64,000 bases of DNA from the human T2T-CHM13v2.0 reference genome, Homo sapiens, in NCBI RefSeq assembly GCF_009914755.1, contig NC_060928.1; one strand, given 5' to 3'. Shown here piece by piece: positions 31,936 to 47,169 of the stretch. Under the pieces are notes generated by a model, which saw only the letters and a list, made by a program, of their open reading frames with translations, did not search any database and was not told where the DNA came from. Position 1 is the stretch's first letter, and every line of letters begins with the position of its first letter. The position numbers and the translations under genes were made by a program.

Positions 31936-32597
31936 TCTGCCTCCAGAGCCCCCCACCCTTAACTGCCCACTGCTTCTCCAGAGAGCTCTCGAACTTCTCC
32001 CCCTGCCTCCATCATCTCTCTCTCCCATGCAGGGAGAATGGCATTCCCCAAATGACCATCTGACCCTGAGGCTTCCCTACTTAAGTCCCCTAAAGCTTGT
32101 TCCCCATTGTATTCAGAATTGGGCCATGCAGCGGAGTTGGCCACCTGGCCCCTCTGGAACTTTCCGACTCACCCACTCCGTCCCCAGCACGGTGATATCC
32201 TCTGTGTTCTCCCACACCTCTGTGCTACGGCCCCGTGCTGTCAGCCACGCCTCACATGCCCTTCCCAACAAGGCCCAGCTCACATGGCCTCAGCTCTCTG
32301 TAGCTCTCCTCAACTCCCCTAGCCCCCTGAACACACGCCATGGGGGATCCCACACTCCCCCATGGCACCCCACATCCGGGTTTAGAGTTATTTGTTTCTT
32401 ATCAGTCTCCCCCATCTGCATAAGAGCTCCGGACCCCAGGAGCCCTGCATCAGCCAACTCCTGTCCTCAGTCTGTGGCCTGGCGCTGAGGTCCTCAGGCA
32501 CAAGAGCTTCCAGCAAGTGTACAGCCCCCACCCCCACATCCCTGCATGCCCCAGGCCCCGCAGTCACGCCATGCACCATGAACGTAGGATCTCTCTA

Positions 32598-32900
<303 letters not shown>

Positions 32901-34371
32901 TCAACATGGCCTAGGGCTTTTGCAGACACCAGGGCCAAATTATTATTATTATTGTTTTTGTCACTGGGCCAATGTGATGTTCTGACAAAATTACGTTTTG
33001 CATAATATTCATGTATATAGTTCTAAAGATCATCTATAATACTTCAAAGACGTTATTTGAACAATTAGGTACCATGCATCAGAAATCTTCAACGTCCTCA
33101 CACCGAAGCCAGTAATTGCAGATTCAGGTAATGCCAACTCAGAGCACCTGAGCTTGAGTCATTTAGGCTAAGAGCTTTAACTTGGTGGTTTCAATGAATC
33201 CTCACATTAACAGCCTGCAGGTGGGTTCTGCTACCCTTACTTCACACATGAGGAAATAGGATCAGAGGGGGCAGACTTTTGCTCAAAGCCACACAGCATT
33301 ATAGAATCTAGTCAGTCTTACTTCCGGACTCAGCATTGTCAGCCTCTGCTCTGCTGTCTCCCGTTTTAGCTACATTCTTATAAACCTAAGGAAATGATTG
33401 AAATTCAGAAAAACGTTTCTGCAACTGAAAAAAATTAATCTCTGCATTACTTAGTCTTCCAGATGAGAAGCTGGAAGTGGCTTAACTGTCTATTAGGAAT
33501 GGCTAAGTCACAGGAAGACTTTGCATGGTCTTGCAAACACACTGGGGCTATGTCACAAGCAGGCATAGACATAGAACCCAGACTGGATGTGAACCCTGAT
33601 TGCAGCTCTGTGGGAGGGAGACACACGCAGGGTCGGGGGAGAAAGTCCGAAAAGAAAGCCCAGGCTCCCAGACCCACGGGGAGAGGAGGCACTGCAAAGA
33701 CTGGCCTGTCTCCCACTGTGCCTAGTTTCCAAGTCCCCTTAATGTGTCAGTCTTGCCTGTATAATAGAAACCATGATACACGTGAAGGTGCATTCACAGC
33801 CTCCATGCCTAAGCTCTACATATCCTCACTCCTTCCCAAGTCCACGCTGGGCACCTGCACATCCAGGACAGATACTGATGCCCTGGGTGAAGAACTAGCT
33901 TTGCCTGCTGGCTCTGCCATTCACCAGCCATGGGGTCTTAACAGGGCTAGTTCAGCACTATGACCCTCAGTAACTTTATCTATAAAATAGAGGTCATTAA
34001 CCTTGTTCAGTAGGTTTTCATGAAGATTAAATTATATGATGCATTATTATTAATGATAAGGCCAAGAGTCCCTCTCCTATTCCAGTTATCATGCCCTGAG
34101 GAAAGGTCTCAAGGGTGGCAGACCAGAGTGTGCTCTCTCGTGAGGATCATAACCAAGATCCTTCCAAACTGGACCACAGGAGCAGCTCCAGTTAGCCAGA
34201 GTCAGGCTGAGCACTTTCCGATGAGTTATACAATATGGGGAGATTTGCTAGGAAAAACAAAAGCCTTTCTTTCTAGTTTTGAGACCAATCTGTAACAATA
34301 AATATGAGAACAGTATTTAATTCTGATACGATTCCTAATCTTAAACGGAGCAGAAAATGACGAATTTCACT

Positions 34372-34800
34372 TTGGCAGGGTGAATTTTGGCCCCAAGTTC
34401 ATCCAGGCCCTAATCCCTGGAACCTATGAATGTTACCTTAAAATGCAAGAGAGACTGCAGATAGGATTAAGTCAAGGATGGTGAGATGGGGATATGGATC
34501 CGGATTCACCTGCTGGTCTCTAAGACCAATCACAAGTGTCCTTGAGAGAGGGTTGAACTTAGGGACGGCCCTGTGGACACCAACACGCGATTGCATGCAG
34601 CTGGGTCCAAAGATGGAGGCGGGACCAGGAACCCAGGAATGCAGCTCTAGACCTGGAGAAGACCAGGAAATGGACTTCCCCTCCAGCCTCGGAGAGGGCT
34701 TGGCTCCACCGACAGCTCGACTAGCTCAGGAAGACTGATTCCGACTTCTGGCCACCAAGCTTGTGGTGACGTGTTACAGCAACCACGGGAAGCTAATACA
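34372..34800 (+). mobile_element. MLT1 (MLT1D/E-like) solo LTR
   Basis: tggcagggtgaattttggccccaa..ctaatccctggaacctatgaatgttacctta start and gtgttacagcaaccacgggaagctaataca end. Confidence 0.8.
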
Positions 34801-34818
34801 CTCACGAATATGACATAG

Positions 34819-35202
<384 letters not shown>

Positions 35203-36368
35203 TAAGGGTTAATTATGTTAATACTTGACAAGCCTGTGAACAGTGGCTTGGTACTGAACAAGTACTCGGTAAGTGCTTAGCTGTTATTAATTTTACTGCA
35301 TTTAGATGGGGAATAAATATGCAAAATGATAGTGTTATGAAGATGGGAGTGGGATTTTCTTCCTCACATTTCTAGCAAAGCTGTTATATTATTTTGAGAA
35401 GAAATACTTTTGTGCTTCAACTCTTTAATTAATGTGAACCCAAGACATACTATCCAGCCTTTCCCCTGCCCCAGCTAGACCCAAACACATTGCAACATTC
35501 ACCTGAAATCTGTGCTCAGAATTGTGCTTTCAGACCCTGGCCTCAGCTTTTAGCAGCCCTGGATCACTTAGTATTTCATCCCTCAGCCTCAGTTTACTCA
35601 TCTGTCAAAGGAGATGATGTCACCCCATGCATCACAGGGTCCAAAGGAGCCAAGATGGGGCAAGTATGGGAGGGCCCAGCCCTGTGCCAGCTCCCTTTTC
35701 TCCTCCCCTGACCCCTCTTCTGCAAGATGGTGTACCCCATCTTTAAAGAGAACAGAGGACTCGAGCCCACATCCCCCCACAGGCCCAGTCACAGAGGCCC
35801 CTCCTCCCTATGGCTCATGGTGTCCCCCTGGGAATCTCTGTCTTTCCCTCCCCCATGGAGGGGTCTCCTTTGGTTGGAGTTCCCTGCCTGTCTTCCTGGG
35901 GTCCATTGATCTTCTGGTTTCCACCACCAACCTTTCTAGAAGATTTGAATGTACAACCCTGTATGGGCCTACGCTGCTAGTCTCTCAGCCCAGGGCCCTG
36001 CCTTCCCCAACTCTCAGCACCCAGGACTTCTGTTATGGGCTCAACACATCCCTGCATCCTGTGTTGAAGGCCTAACCCCCAAGTTCCTTAGAATGTGATT
36101 ATATTTGGAGAGAAGCCCTTTCAAAGAGGCAATTAAGTTGAAAGAAAGTCATGAGCGTGGGCCCAGATCCAATCCGACTGGGGTCCTTGTAAGAGGAGGA
36201 GAGGAGGACACAGACACACACAGAGGGATGACCATGTGACGACACAGGGAGAAGGTGGAGTCCACAAGCCAAGGAGTGAGGCCTCAGGAGAAACCAATCC
36301 TGCCGACCCCCCGAGCTTGGGCTTTTGGGATCCAGAAATGTGAGAAAATAAGTTTTTGTTAAGTCACC

Positions 36369-37546
36369 CAGGTCTGCAAATAATGCCATTTCATTATAAT
36401 GTTGATGAGAAAAAAAAAGATTCCCAGCCAGGGCCACTGTCTATGTGGAGTTTGCCCATTCTCCCCATGTCTGTGTGGGCTTTCTCGGGGTACCCTGGTC
36501 TCCTCCTGCAGCTGTAACACGTCACCACAAGCTTGGCGGCCAGAAGTCGGAATCAGTCTTCCTGAGCTAGTCGAGCTGTCAGTGGAGCCAAGCCCTCTCC
36601 GAGGCTGAAGGGGAAATCCAATTCCTGGTCTTCTCCAGGTCTAGAGCTGCATTCCTGGGCTCCTGGCCCTGCCTTCATCTTTGGAGCCAGCTGCATGCAA
36701 TCCCACATTGGCGGCCACACTGCCATCCCTAGACTCAACCCTCTCTGTCTCCCTCTCGCAAGGATACTTGTGATTGGTCTTAGAGACCAGCCGGCGAATC
36801 TGGGTCCATATCCCCATGTCACCATCCTTGACATGTCGACATAGTCCCAGCCTGCGTGAGTGTGCGCGTGGGTGTGAGTGTCCTGTTCAGGCCTTGCACC
36901 CTGAGCTGCCGGGAGAGGCCTCAGCCACCTGTGACCCTGAACTGGAACAATTGGGTAAATAATCATCTTACTTGTGTTTTTTTGAGTCTTTCTTAAATCT
37001 AAATTTGTTTGAGCCTTTCACATTTATTTCAATGTTTAACATTAGAAGTGTTTGGGGTCTTTATCTCAAAGTTTGGTGATGTTTTTGTGACCTGAAATAT
37101 GCTGTAGGAACTTAACTCTTATTTGTATCAATTAGCCTATGGTCAAATTAGTTTTGTGGCCAGGTGTGGTGGCTCACGTCTATAATCCCAACACTTTGGG
37201 AGGCCAAGGCAGGCAGATCACTTGAGGTCAGACGTTCGAGACCTGCATGGCCAACATGGTGAAACACTGTCTCTACTAAAAATACAAAAACTAGCTAGGC
37301 GTGGTGATGGGCGCCTATAGTCCCAGCTACTCGGGAGGCTGAGGCAGGAGAATCGCTTAAACCCAGGAGGTGGGGTTTGCAGTGAGCCAAGATTATGTCA
37401 CTTCACTCCAGCCTGGGTGACAGAGTAAGACTCCATCTCAAAACAAAGCAAAATAAAAAACAAAAACAAATTGGTTTTGTTGTAGGTTGCTTCACTTAGT
37501 CACAGTTTCCAAGGGCCTATAGACAACGTTCAGTGAGGACTTACTG
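36369..37546 (+). mobile_element. MER6 (TcMar-Tigger) DNA transposon carrying an inverted LTR copy and an Alu
   Basis: MER6-type motifs ttataatgttgatgagaaaaaaa, gggccactgtctatgtggagtttgc..ttctccccatgtctg, ccctgagctgccggga..gaccctgaactggaa, and end gtgaggacttactg. Confidence 0.8.
37158..37466 (+). mobile_element. Alu SINE with TSD, nested in MER6
   Basis: TSD caaattagttttgt (37144-37157) / caaattggttttgt (37467-37480). Confidence 0.97.
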
Positions 37547-38287
37547 TGCTTTGTCATGGCAACCCAGGCAAACTAACATAACTTTGTATATGACTCTCGG
37601 AGGGTAAGTGCGTTGCAGAATGAATGAAAGAATGGGCAATCACATAGAGTAACAGAAGAATTTTTCTGATTTGTGAATTTCTTCATGCATAAAACTTTAC
37701 CAAAAGGAAGAAAAGTAAATCACATGTGCATACACGTTCAATGGTCTGCCTTTACTAAATCAAAGGCAAGTACAAGAAAATGGGGAAGTCCCGCAAAAAT
37801 CCAAGGCACGTGGCTGCTGGGATATGAGTAACGTGTCAGAATCAATCCCCGCTGTCACTGCATTGTGCTTCCATGCTGGGTTTCGCTGATCTATATACAA
37901 GGCCCAACCTCGTTCTGCCAGTCTGGGTGTCAAGACATCGTCAGGAAAGAAGATGGGCTTTAGAGAAAGACCTGGATTCAAACGCCCCACCTTGAGGCCA
38001 GGTCAGCTCCATCAGGCAAACAGTGCCCACAGCAGGAAGTTCTACAGAGAGAAACGAATGCGGAGAACCTATTTCAAAGATGACAGCAGAGTCCAAAGGC
38101 CAGACAGAGACAGGCAGCCTGGATTAGCAACTGCCGGAAGCCACTTCTGCCCCTGGGGCTGGACAGCCACACAGGGAAGAGACGATGTTACCAGGGCAGG
38201 GCAGAGCAGCCAGGCCACCCAGCGGGAGCTGGGACCGCAGAGGAAGCCGAGAGCACATCTGAGTTACAGCCACAGTGGGAGATGTCA

Positions 38288-38700
38288 CTGTGGGAACAAG
38301 AGTGACTTTATTTTAAACGCTAATCCAGCAGGTGACTCTTGACTAACCCTGAGTCCACGAATGCCTCCAAGATGTGGAGTTGATATAGTTCTGTTTACGT
38401 AGAAACACCTATTCATTGTGAGTTTCCTCCAAAACAACCCTTGTCATTGCAGAAACCATAGGCTGTGATGCCTGTAGCCACCTATGCAAGCCTTCCAGAG
38501 CACACATGCTTTTTCCCCAGGATATAAGCCCTGGGTTGGGGATGGAAGGTTTGCTGTGTGGACATCTACTTGTCTGGCGGCTGCCTAAAACCATGCTTCT
38601 GTCTGCCAGTTCCCCTAAAAAAATCACCCCAAACCGACCAACTGGATTTGTCTGCCTCTGTCCTTGGTTTCTCAGTTCCTTCTACACTTCCCTGTCACTT
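38288..38700 (+). mobile_element. ERV1-class solo-LTR-like element (subfamily not resolved)
   Basis: TG start, TATA-like gatataagccc and degenerate poly-A-signal region cccctaaaaaaatcaccc in LTR order. Confidence 0.45.
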
Positions 38701-39034
38701 TGAACATAGGGCCCTTTCATGGAACAGTCACCCAGAGAAGAAGAGAGGGAGAACACCTGGCTTCTCCCTGCCTCCCTCCGTTTCAGGGCCTCCCATTGGC
38801 TGCACCTAAATGGAAGCCTTTGAGCAGAGGAGCCCGGGCAGCCTCATCTGCAGGTACAGAGCAGAAGAAGGAGGGCGGGAGGAGCAGAAGGCAAGTGACT
38901 GCGTGGGCAGGTTACGTGTCTTTGGTGAGCCAGTTTCCCCAGCTGTGTGGTGTGATTCAACACACCATGGTGACACACTCTGATGGCCCCGCGGTTTGTG
39001 AAATACACACAGAGAGATCAAAATGGCATCGCTA

Positions 39035-39334
<300 letters not shown>

Positions 39335-40494
39335 TCATGGGGCAAGACTTAATAATAAAATTAAGTGAGTTTGCAACATTGACTTCCCGGAGATTTCAAG
39401 GTGGTGTTTGTGACTTCAGATTGTTCAGGAAAATATCCTTTGAGAAGGGCAAGAACAGGTGGATTATTCATGAGTGGGTGACTTGGGTTTCATCTGCACA
39501 AGCGTCATACAATATGAATGAAAGCCTCTCGTTTTACAAGTCAGCATGCCAGAACTCACGCAAAGCAAGAAAAAGTTGCAGAAAAATCACTTGAGATGAA
39601 ATGCCTAGTGATGAACACAGAGAGGAAAAATAAGACCTCCAGGTAAGGCCATCAGATGTTACAGACTCCCAGTAGTCAATGAAGCTTATCTTTTTACCAC
39701 ATAATGAATAAGGTTCCACACCTCCTCTTTGAGCACAGCACATATTTTTCAAGGACCTAGAGTTTGCTAGGGGAAGAGGATGGGAAATTTATGCTGCCCT
39801 GGGTGCCGTCTGCATCCAGGGCAGGGGCCTCTCATGCCTTACCTAGTCCAATTCTCCCGGTGACCTTATGAGGTGGGCGTTAACATGACCATTATACAGA
39901 TGGTCAGACGGAGGCTCTGGAAGGTGAAGGAGCTTATCCGGGTCCCACAGGTGGGATGGGAAGTAGCAGAATCAGGATTCAAATATGGATCTGACTCCCA
40001 AACTGGAGTGTGTGTGTTCTGACACAGGAGATACAGTAATAGGTGAGCAACAAGACCCCAGAAAAGGAGCAAACGCATCCTTTGGGCACCCTGAGGAGGG
40101 GGAGCGAGCATGAGGCTGAAGAGATCGTAGGAGGAATGGGGAATTACAGCAGAGAGAGGTGGGGAGGAGACTCCCCCAGGTGGGGAGCATCCTCAGGCCA
40201 CAGACCCGCACAGACAGGCAGGACAAGTGAAGGGAACAGGAGGACCAGACAAAGCTGGCCCCGTGGACACACAGAAGGAGGAAGTGAGGAGTGAGGACAG
40301 AGGAGGCTGGGTGCCATCTTCTCTCAGGCACTCAAGGACTCCGGCGTTTCTGTGGGCCCCTGGGAGAAGGGAGGTGCCTGGTCAAATGTCATTTTGAGGA
40401 TCGAGCACTCTGGGGTTTGCAGGAGCGAGATGGAGGCAGCTGCACCTGTAGGAGGAGGCAGCGCCACAGGCCAGGCCTGGTGCAAAGAGGCGTC

Positions 40495-41176
40495 AGGACC
40501 AAGACAAATAGAAAATGAGAGGCTTCCGTCTCCCTGTTAAAAATAAGAGACGTCCTCCCTCCCTTTTCTTAAAGCATCTACTTTAGAAAATGTGTAAGTT
40601 CTTTCTTTGTCTCTTTGAAATATGTGTAAATCCTTTTTACAGCGAAATAAGCCTTTTCCAGCATTACGACTCAGGAATGTTTCCCTGAAGGACCTGGGCA
40701 CCGCCTCTTTGAGATGTAAATTCGAAGGAAAACAGCGCCCCTAGTGTTCAGTGGGAGGAAGGAGCCGAATTGGGCAGGCGCCTGGCTCCAAGATGCAAAA
40801 CCTGTCCCAGTAAGTGACAGAAGGGTGGAACCCAGGTGCAGGAGAAGCTTTTTTTTCCTTTGTATAAAACAAATTAATGAACACAGAGGGTTGCCCTCGT
40901 TGTCAGGTGAGTTTAGGATGAACCATGTGAAACAATGACGCTATCGAGTCCTTTTCCGCAGGGATGAGAGAGGATGTGTGCATGGATTGTGCCTGCCTGG
41001 CCATATAAAAGGGTGAAACTTCTTACTGTCTTTGCAATCTCTCAGTGGGTTACCTGTAATGCACCTCATATCTTGGTTTAATGCTTATTCAATAATAAAC
41101 CTTTTTTAAATTTTCTTTGTGATGAGGTTTTCTGTGCTGGGAGAAGCTTTTGTCTTTAATCATATTTTCCCAACAG
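40495..41176 (+). mobile_element. ERV1-class solo LTR (MER67-like)
   Basis: TATAAAA at about 41005, AATAAA at about 41094, ending tattttcccaaca; subfamily from memory. Confidence 0.6.
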
Positions 41177-44100
41177 TGGCCAATGTCTTGTTGGCCACAA
41201 GGGGTTTCCGTGGACCTGGGGCAGTTGGAGGCGGGGGATGGGGGTGCAGTGGAGCCACTCAGATCCCAGGCGCTGGGGCCAGGCTGCCTGGGTTCCAGGC
41301 CTGTCTCCATCGCTTCTCAGATGTGATTTTGGACAAATTACTTAACTTCTCAAAAAAAAGAGGGTAAAGATCATGCCTAAGTGAAGAGCTGTTGAGGAAT
41401 AAATGAGTCGATTCCTGCAAAGCCCTCAGCAGAGCACCTGGCACACACTAAATACAGCATGCTGTCTGCTGGGTAGGGGGCAGACGCAACACTGTCCAGC
41501 TGTGTCCAGTTTTCACGCCTACTTGCCGCATGATCCTAGGAAAATGACTCGGCCCCTTGCAAAATGAAACTGACAGCAGTCCCCGCTCCCCACTGTGGTG
41601 ATGACTGACTGAGCTCTGGGGCGGTGGTGGGGGGTGGTGGCTGGTCCTGTACCTGCACCGCACCGTGAGCTCCCAGGAACATCAGCCAAGAGGAGCCAGT
41701 GCAGAGTGGGAGGACTGAGTGACAGCTGAAGGCAATAGCAACAGACTGAAAAATTACCCCAGGGCCACCAAGGAGGAGGAGCTGTTCCAGCCCTTCCTTG
41801 GGAGCAGCCCTGAGGGAGGGCACGTCCTTCCTTCTTGCCTAAGGACAGGGAAGCAGGCAGGGCCTCTCCTGGGGAAGTGTTCTCAGGCTTTTTAGGTAAG
41901 TGACGGAGGCTCTTGGGGGAAGAAGAAGGTCAAACAGAGAAAATCGTGGCCTGCCCATGGTTTACCAACATCTGTGGTAGCCTGGGGTGGAGATCTGAGC
42001 CTGCAGGCCCCTCAGAAGTGGTAGGGCCTGGGCAGGAGAAGGGGACAGATTGATGTGCAGATGTAAGGATGGGGTTCTGCCCCCTTGGGATCCTCAGGGA
42101 GGTTCCCTGAGACTGAGGGTGGTGACAGGGAGGACACAGGCCATGGAAGAAATTAAGAGTCCCCGTTTCTGCTGGAACAACAGCCCCTGAGAGCTGGGGG
42201 GAGGCTGGGAGGAACGGAGGGAGGTCTGGCCGTGTGAAGACCTGGGCTCCACCCTACTTCAGAGCGGGAATCTGGGGCATAGAGAAGGGCCCTACAGAAA
42301 GCCCCAAGAGTCCAGACAACTGGGCTGGGGGGAAAAGGACCCCCCAATGGCACATTCGCTATTTCCCACCCAATTTGGCACATCCCTGGCAAACCCTGTT
42401 TAAATGTGAGAACATAACCAAATATCAAACTGGCCATTGTTTGTCCTGGGAGTATCAGGCAGGATTGCTACTGGTTACAGAGGGGTTATGGCAGGTGAGG
42501 GAGAAGCAGGGGCCACAGTCCTGGATGCTCCCGGCAGATAGAGGAGCAGCGGATGGGGGCAGATGTTGAATTTACTTGGGAAGGATGGGGAAGCTGGAGC
42601 TGAAGTCGGGGGTACAACCAGCCAGGGTAAGCCTTGCCCCTGACCAGGGAAGGGGTCCACCCGCCCACATGTTTGTATTCCTCCCCTCCCCTCAGGGCCC
42701 AGCACCAAACTGGGGGCAGGCTGCATAGGATCTCACACCCTTGAGCGTGAGCTGACTCTCGGGGCATCCGTGTGAAGCACAAAGCCCATTTCACCTAAGG
42801 TGCTCGGCACAGGCACTGCGTGCTTCAGCCAAAACACCTGCGACCAGCTGGAGACCTGGAAGGGAAGTGGGGTTCAGCGAGAAAAGCCTTGCACCCATGG
42901 GGGAACGCCCTCCCAGTTTGCCCAGAGCCTCCTCCATTTTAAAACAGGAAGTCCTCTGTTCCCGGAATCCCCGCTGTCCTGGACAAATCAGCCTGGCTTA
43001 TCCCTGCACAGCCGATCTCCTGGCCCCAGCCCCGGCCTCCACTCCTCAGCCCCCAGGAGGCTGCCAGAGTGGCGGGACAGAACGCTGTCTGATCCCTCGA
43101 CTTCTACGCCCCAGCTCCTCCCTGGTTGCCTTTGGCCTACAGAGGATTGAGGTGTAAGAGAGAGAAGTGGAAACCTATGTTTGTACCACGGACATCTCTG
43201 TGCCAGGAACATTCAGGGCTGGCTCTCTGCTAAACCTCCCAGCTGACCTGTGGGCAGGGCTGCGCTAAAAGGTGGAGCCACACTTCTCCTTTCTACCTGA
43301 GGAAGTGACCTGGGGTTCCCCAGACTTTGTAACTCTGCTGCCCTGGAAACCACATATGTGTTACTAGGCAACAACATCCAAAGCCGTGGCAGATGTGCCT
43401 GACCTGGGCACAGGGCTGTGGATGAGGGGTGAGTGCACCGGGGTGCAGCACAGCTCTGAGGCTCCCTGCATACTGGGGTCCTTGCAACCAGGACTGTGCC
43501 TAGCAGGGAGCCGGGAAGCCACGGCTGGGACTGTGACAAGAAATGCTGGTTCCTAACAGGGACTTTGGATTTCTATGCAGGGAAACCCCCGTACCTGCCA
43601 GTGTGAGCCTCATGCTTCCTCCTGCGCCGCCTCCCGGAGGGCAAAAGAGAACGGGTCCTGGGCCCGGGCCGGCCACATGGACTCCTCCGAGGACAGCTCC
43701 CAAGGAGAGAACAGCAGATGCTATGTCTCCCACCAGCAGCCACGGTGGCCTGTGGGAGCCTGCGGGTCTAACCGTCCAGCTCAGACCTCTCCCAAGGCCA
43801 CACATGGGAACTATCACTACCATTCCTCAGAGCGGCAAGGACATTGCCAGTGCAATACAGCAGGAAGAGGCCGGGCTGGCAGGGACAAATGGGTCTGACC
43901 TCAAAGCCAAGGCCATTTTGGTCGCATGATCTGAGTGGGAGAGCCCAGCAGACACAGACACTGCCCTTCACCCGCTGAAGGACGGGGACAAGCAGGTATG
44001 AGGACCGCACTCCTGCAGCGGCTGCAAGGGTGCTGGACCGACATTCCAGAGACCCATGGGTGCCCCTAGACTTCTGCCCGCAGAAGCGAGCACAGCAACG

Positions 44101-45878
44101 CCTCCTGTGCTTCCCGGCCGGAAAGAGTAAGCGTGCCTTTGTTTTCACTCACTGTGCGACCCCACATTCCCATCGCCCCCGGGCTGCTAAGATGCCTGTG
44201 TTTTCAACCGACATCAGTTTGTTCATATTTCATCACCAGGTGTTGGTAAGTCACAGAGGCTGAGCCAGTGGGTGCTTTGGGGTTTTGATTTCAAAAGAGA
44301 ATGGGTAATACTGGGCCATCCCGGTGCATGTCTGCTTAGAGATGGATCCTGGGATGTGGTGTGAGCAGCCCTCCCTGGCTGGCAGGGCCCCTTCTGTGCA
44401 GGGCACCGTGTCCTTCTCCATCCATGGATCTGGCCTTCTGAGAACTTCTAGCTCCTCTGTTGCCCTCACCCCATGAGTTCCCTCAACTGCCTACATTTCA
44501 GTCCTTTCCCTTTTGTCCAAAGGTCCTCCTCACCAGAGACCACAGAACCGTTCCTTCTACCTGATGAGCAGGGCCTGAGCCCGTCCACCTGCAGCCAGCT
44601 GAGGATGGCCCGGCCTGGCCTTCAGCCGGCTCTTCCCATGCAGACACAGCCAGCCTCCTCGTCACATTCAGTCTTCTATTTCACTTCATCCATTCTAATT
44701 CCAAACGTCTTCCCGCGCAGAAGTTTGGGAGAGGCATCCTGTGAGCAGGTGGCTTCTTCTGGAGATGCCTCCACCCCACCCAGCCTAGAATAACAACAGG
44801 ATCATCATCAGAAAGGAACCTGGGGAATTTCCTCCTGGGCTGACCATCCCCAGCTGGCGTCCAGCTCTCTGTGGCTGCTCCACTCCACCCACTCTCCAGC
44901 GAGGCCTCCAACACCCTGACAGCTCTCCCGGCTCCATCCAGGGGTGGCCTCCCAAGGCAGGAAGATCTCACTTCCTCCCCGCGGTGGTGAGAGCAGGACC
45001 TGGTCTCGGGACCACTATGGAAATAACCTAGTTCCTGCAGGTGCTTCAGCATCTCTTCCTCGGCAGCCCCTTGCAAATTACGATCAAGGTGCAACGCAGG
45101 CCCAAGTGTGGCCTGGTTGGTGGTCATGTCTGCTCTATCAGTCCTCAGTCCACCTGGTCCCAGGGACAGTCATGCTCTGGGACTTTTGCCGTGTCACACC
45201 TACAAGAGTGACAGAGCCCTCAGCCTCCCTTCAGAAATCTGGGGTCCCTGAGGTCGGCTTCTCCATGATGGGCAAGGCTCCAGCCACTCATCAGGGTCCT
45301 GCCCTCTCTCTCTGGCTGCCAGCTGCTACATCCAGCTGTGCACAGATTCAGAGGTTTTGCTGACCAGGACTTGAACTGGGGTTCACATTACAAGGACACT
45401 TGCAAGTCGCTCCGGCAGACAAACTCCAGGACGAACACAGCACGGTTCGTGGAGATTTATGTACATAGGGCAGAGACGGCACCCAGCCGGGTCCAGCTGG
45501 ACATGCACACTGCGGACTGGGGAGGCATCTGGCGTGGGGACGAGGACTCGGGCCTGTCCCCAGACAGTGCGGTGGCTGCCGATCCCTTGGTTTCTGGTAA
45601 TTGCACTTAGTTTCCTGGCATTCAGGTCTCTGCCCCCTTGGGCCTTCAAAGTGCCAGAGCTGGGACATGGATGTGGTTCCAAGTTTGACAAAATCCCCAT
45701 CGTCCCTGCAGAGTCCTTACGGCTTGGGCTGGCCAGGACCCAGCCGTGCGTCCAAAGGCTTCCCCTTAAAGCTATTGTCAAATATACATAAATTCTGTTT
45801 GCAGTCTCTGGACTTTGAGTAGCTTGTTTCGCTGTTGAATTTGGTTTGAGTGGGGTTGGGGTTGCCGTAGGGACTCAG

Positions 45879-45884
45879 TTTATT
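45879..45884 (-). promoter_or_regulatory. Candidate JAKMIP1 polyadenylation signal (AATAAA)
   Basis: Only canonical minus-strand AATAAA I found by eye between the JAKMIP1 stop and the C4orf50 ATG; no obvious GU-rich downstream element. Confidence 0.35.
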
Positions 45885-47118
45885 CCATAAATTCTTTTTC
45901 TATCCTGTAAGATTAAAACATAATTTGAAATGACACAGGAACCAAGGGTTAAAATGGCCGGAGGATCCCTTGGCTTTATCTGCCCCTTGCCCCCACTGCT
46001 GTCATAAACACCCCAGCTGAGCCCTGAGGGACCTTCCCCCCACAATCCAGGAGAAGCAGCAGCAGCAGGATCAGATCCCCCATCCCCCAACACCCACCCA
46101 CCCCTGTGGCCACCCCCACCTCTGCTCAGATGGGACTGAGTGTCAGCTGTCCTCTAAGACCTGAGATCCTTCCTTTACTCAGTCCATAAACATTGAATGA
46201 ATATCGACCATGTGTCCAGCACTGTCCCAGACACTTGGGTACAGAAGGTACCAGACCAAAGCCCTTGTGGACTGGGGTCAGCCTCAGGGACGCCTATGAG
46301 GACATCAGGCAGGGCCCTGGCCTGGGAGCTCAGCCTAAGGGGTCCAGGTAGCTAGTGGGTGCTGCAGGCATCCCCAGAATCCAGGGGGCCCTCAGCCTGG
46401 GCTGGATTCAAAGACAGAACTCTAGAGTCTAGGGGTCCTGGCAGCCCCCTGCTCTGAAATGGTCACTCTCAGGGAGAATGTGCAAGTGTCCAGGTGTCTA
46501 AGGTGGGAGCTGGGTCCTGGGGACACACAGGGCTCAGTGGTCAGAGGAGGACCAGACGCTGACATGGCCTTGTTCCAGAGGTCCCTGAGCATGGCACAGG
46601 AGTCAAAACCCAGCACAGGACAGGGGTGAGACGGGGAGGGAGCTGAGTGGCTTCTTACACAGGCTCCCTGGGCACTTTGCACGTAAGTGGTAGTCTAGGC
46701 TCAGGAGCCGTTTCTCCAGCAACCTCCTGCTCCTGTAGCCCTCGGCCCTGGAAGCCAAAGACCCTGGACCCTACAGAGGACTTACTGGTCCACACAGCAA
46801 CAGAGAGCAACAGGGACTGAAGCCAGACTGGAGAGAACCTTTGGAATAAAACACAGTCCCCCTTTGTGGATGAAACTCCACAGAGGAGTTTCTTATTCAC
46901 AGTGAGCGTCCCTGATCCCCCTCCTCAGGGCGGGTCTCCCCCCATGACCCAGACCCATGAGTTAAAGCATCCAGCACAAGGCCACCTTCCACGGTGCCTC
47001 ATCTCTCAAGGAACTTGACAGTCAGGGACTGGGAGGACTCCTCCTGTTTTAGAAAATCATCATTTTCATCTGCGAAAAGGAAAGGATACCAACCCGAGTT
47101 CTTGGCTCACTGAAGTCA

Positions 47119-47169
47119 TCAAGGCCACAGAATGAATGCTAGTGAGAAAAACAAAAAAAGGAACAAAAA
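47119..47169 (-). CDS. JAKMIP1: JAKMIP1 terminal coding exon: FLFLFLFFSLAFILWP* (tail-anchor transmembrane segment)
   Basis: Long pyrimidine tract and ttttatAG acceptor (47171-47170), phase 0; tandem TGA TGA stops; this hydrophobic tail is characteristic of JAKMIP family long isoforms. Confidence 0.93.
   Translation of the reverse strand, partial: FLFLFLFFSLAFILWP

Larger units (their letters stand above)
36031..37578 (+). mobile_element. MLT1B-like LTR split by a MER6 insertion
   Basis: tgttatgggct..tgtgttgaaggcctaacccccaa..agaatgtgattatatttggaga start; its 3' end (ctttgtcatggcaacccaggcaaactaaca) resumes after 37546. Confidence 0.78.
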
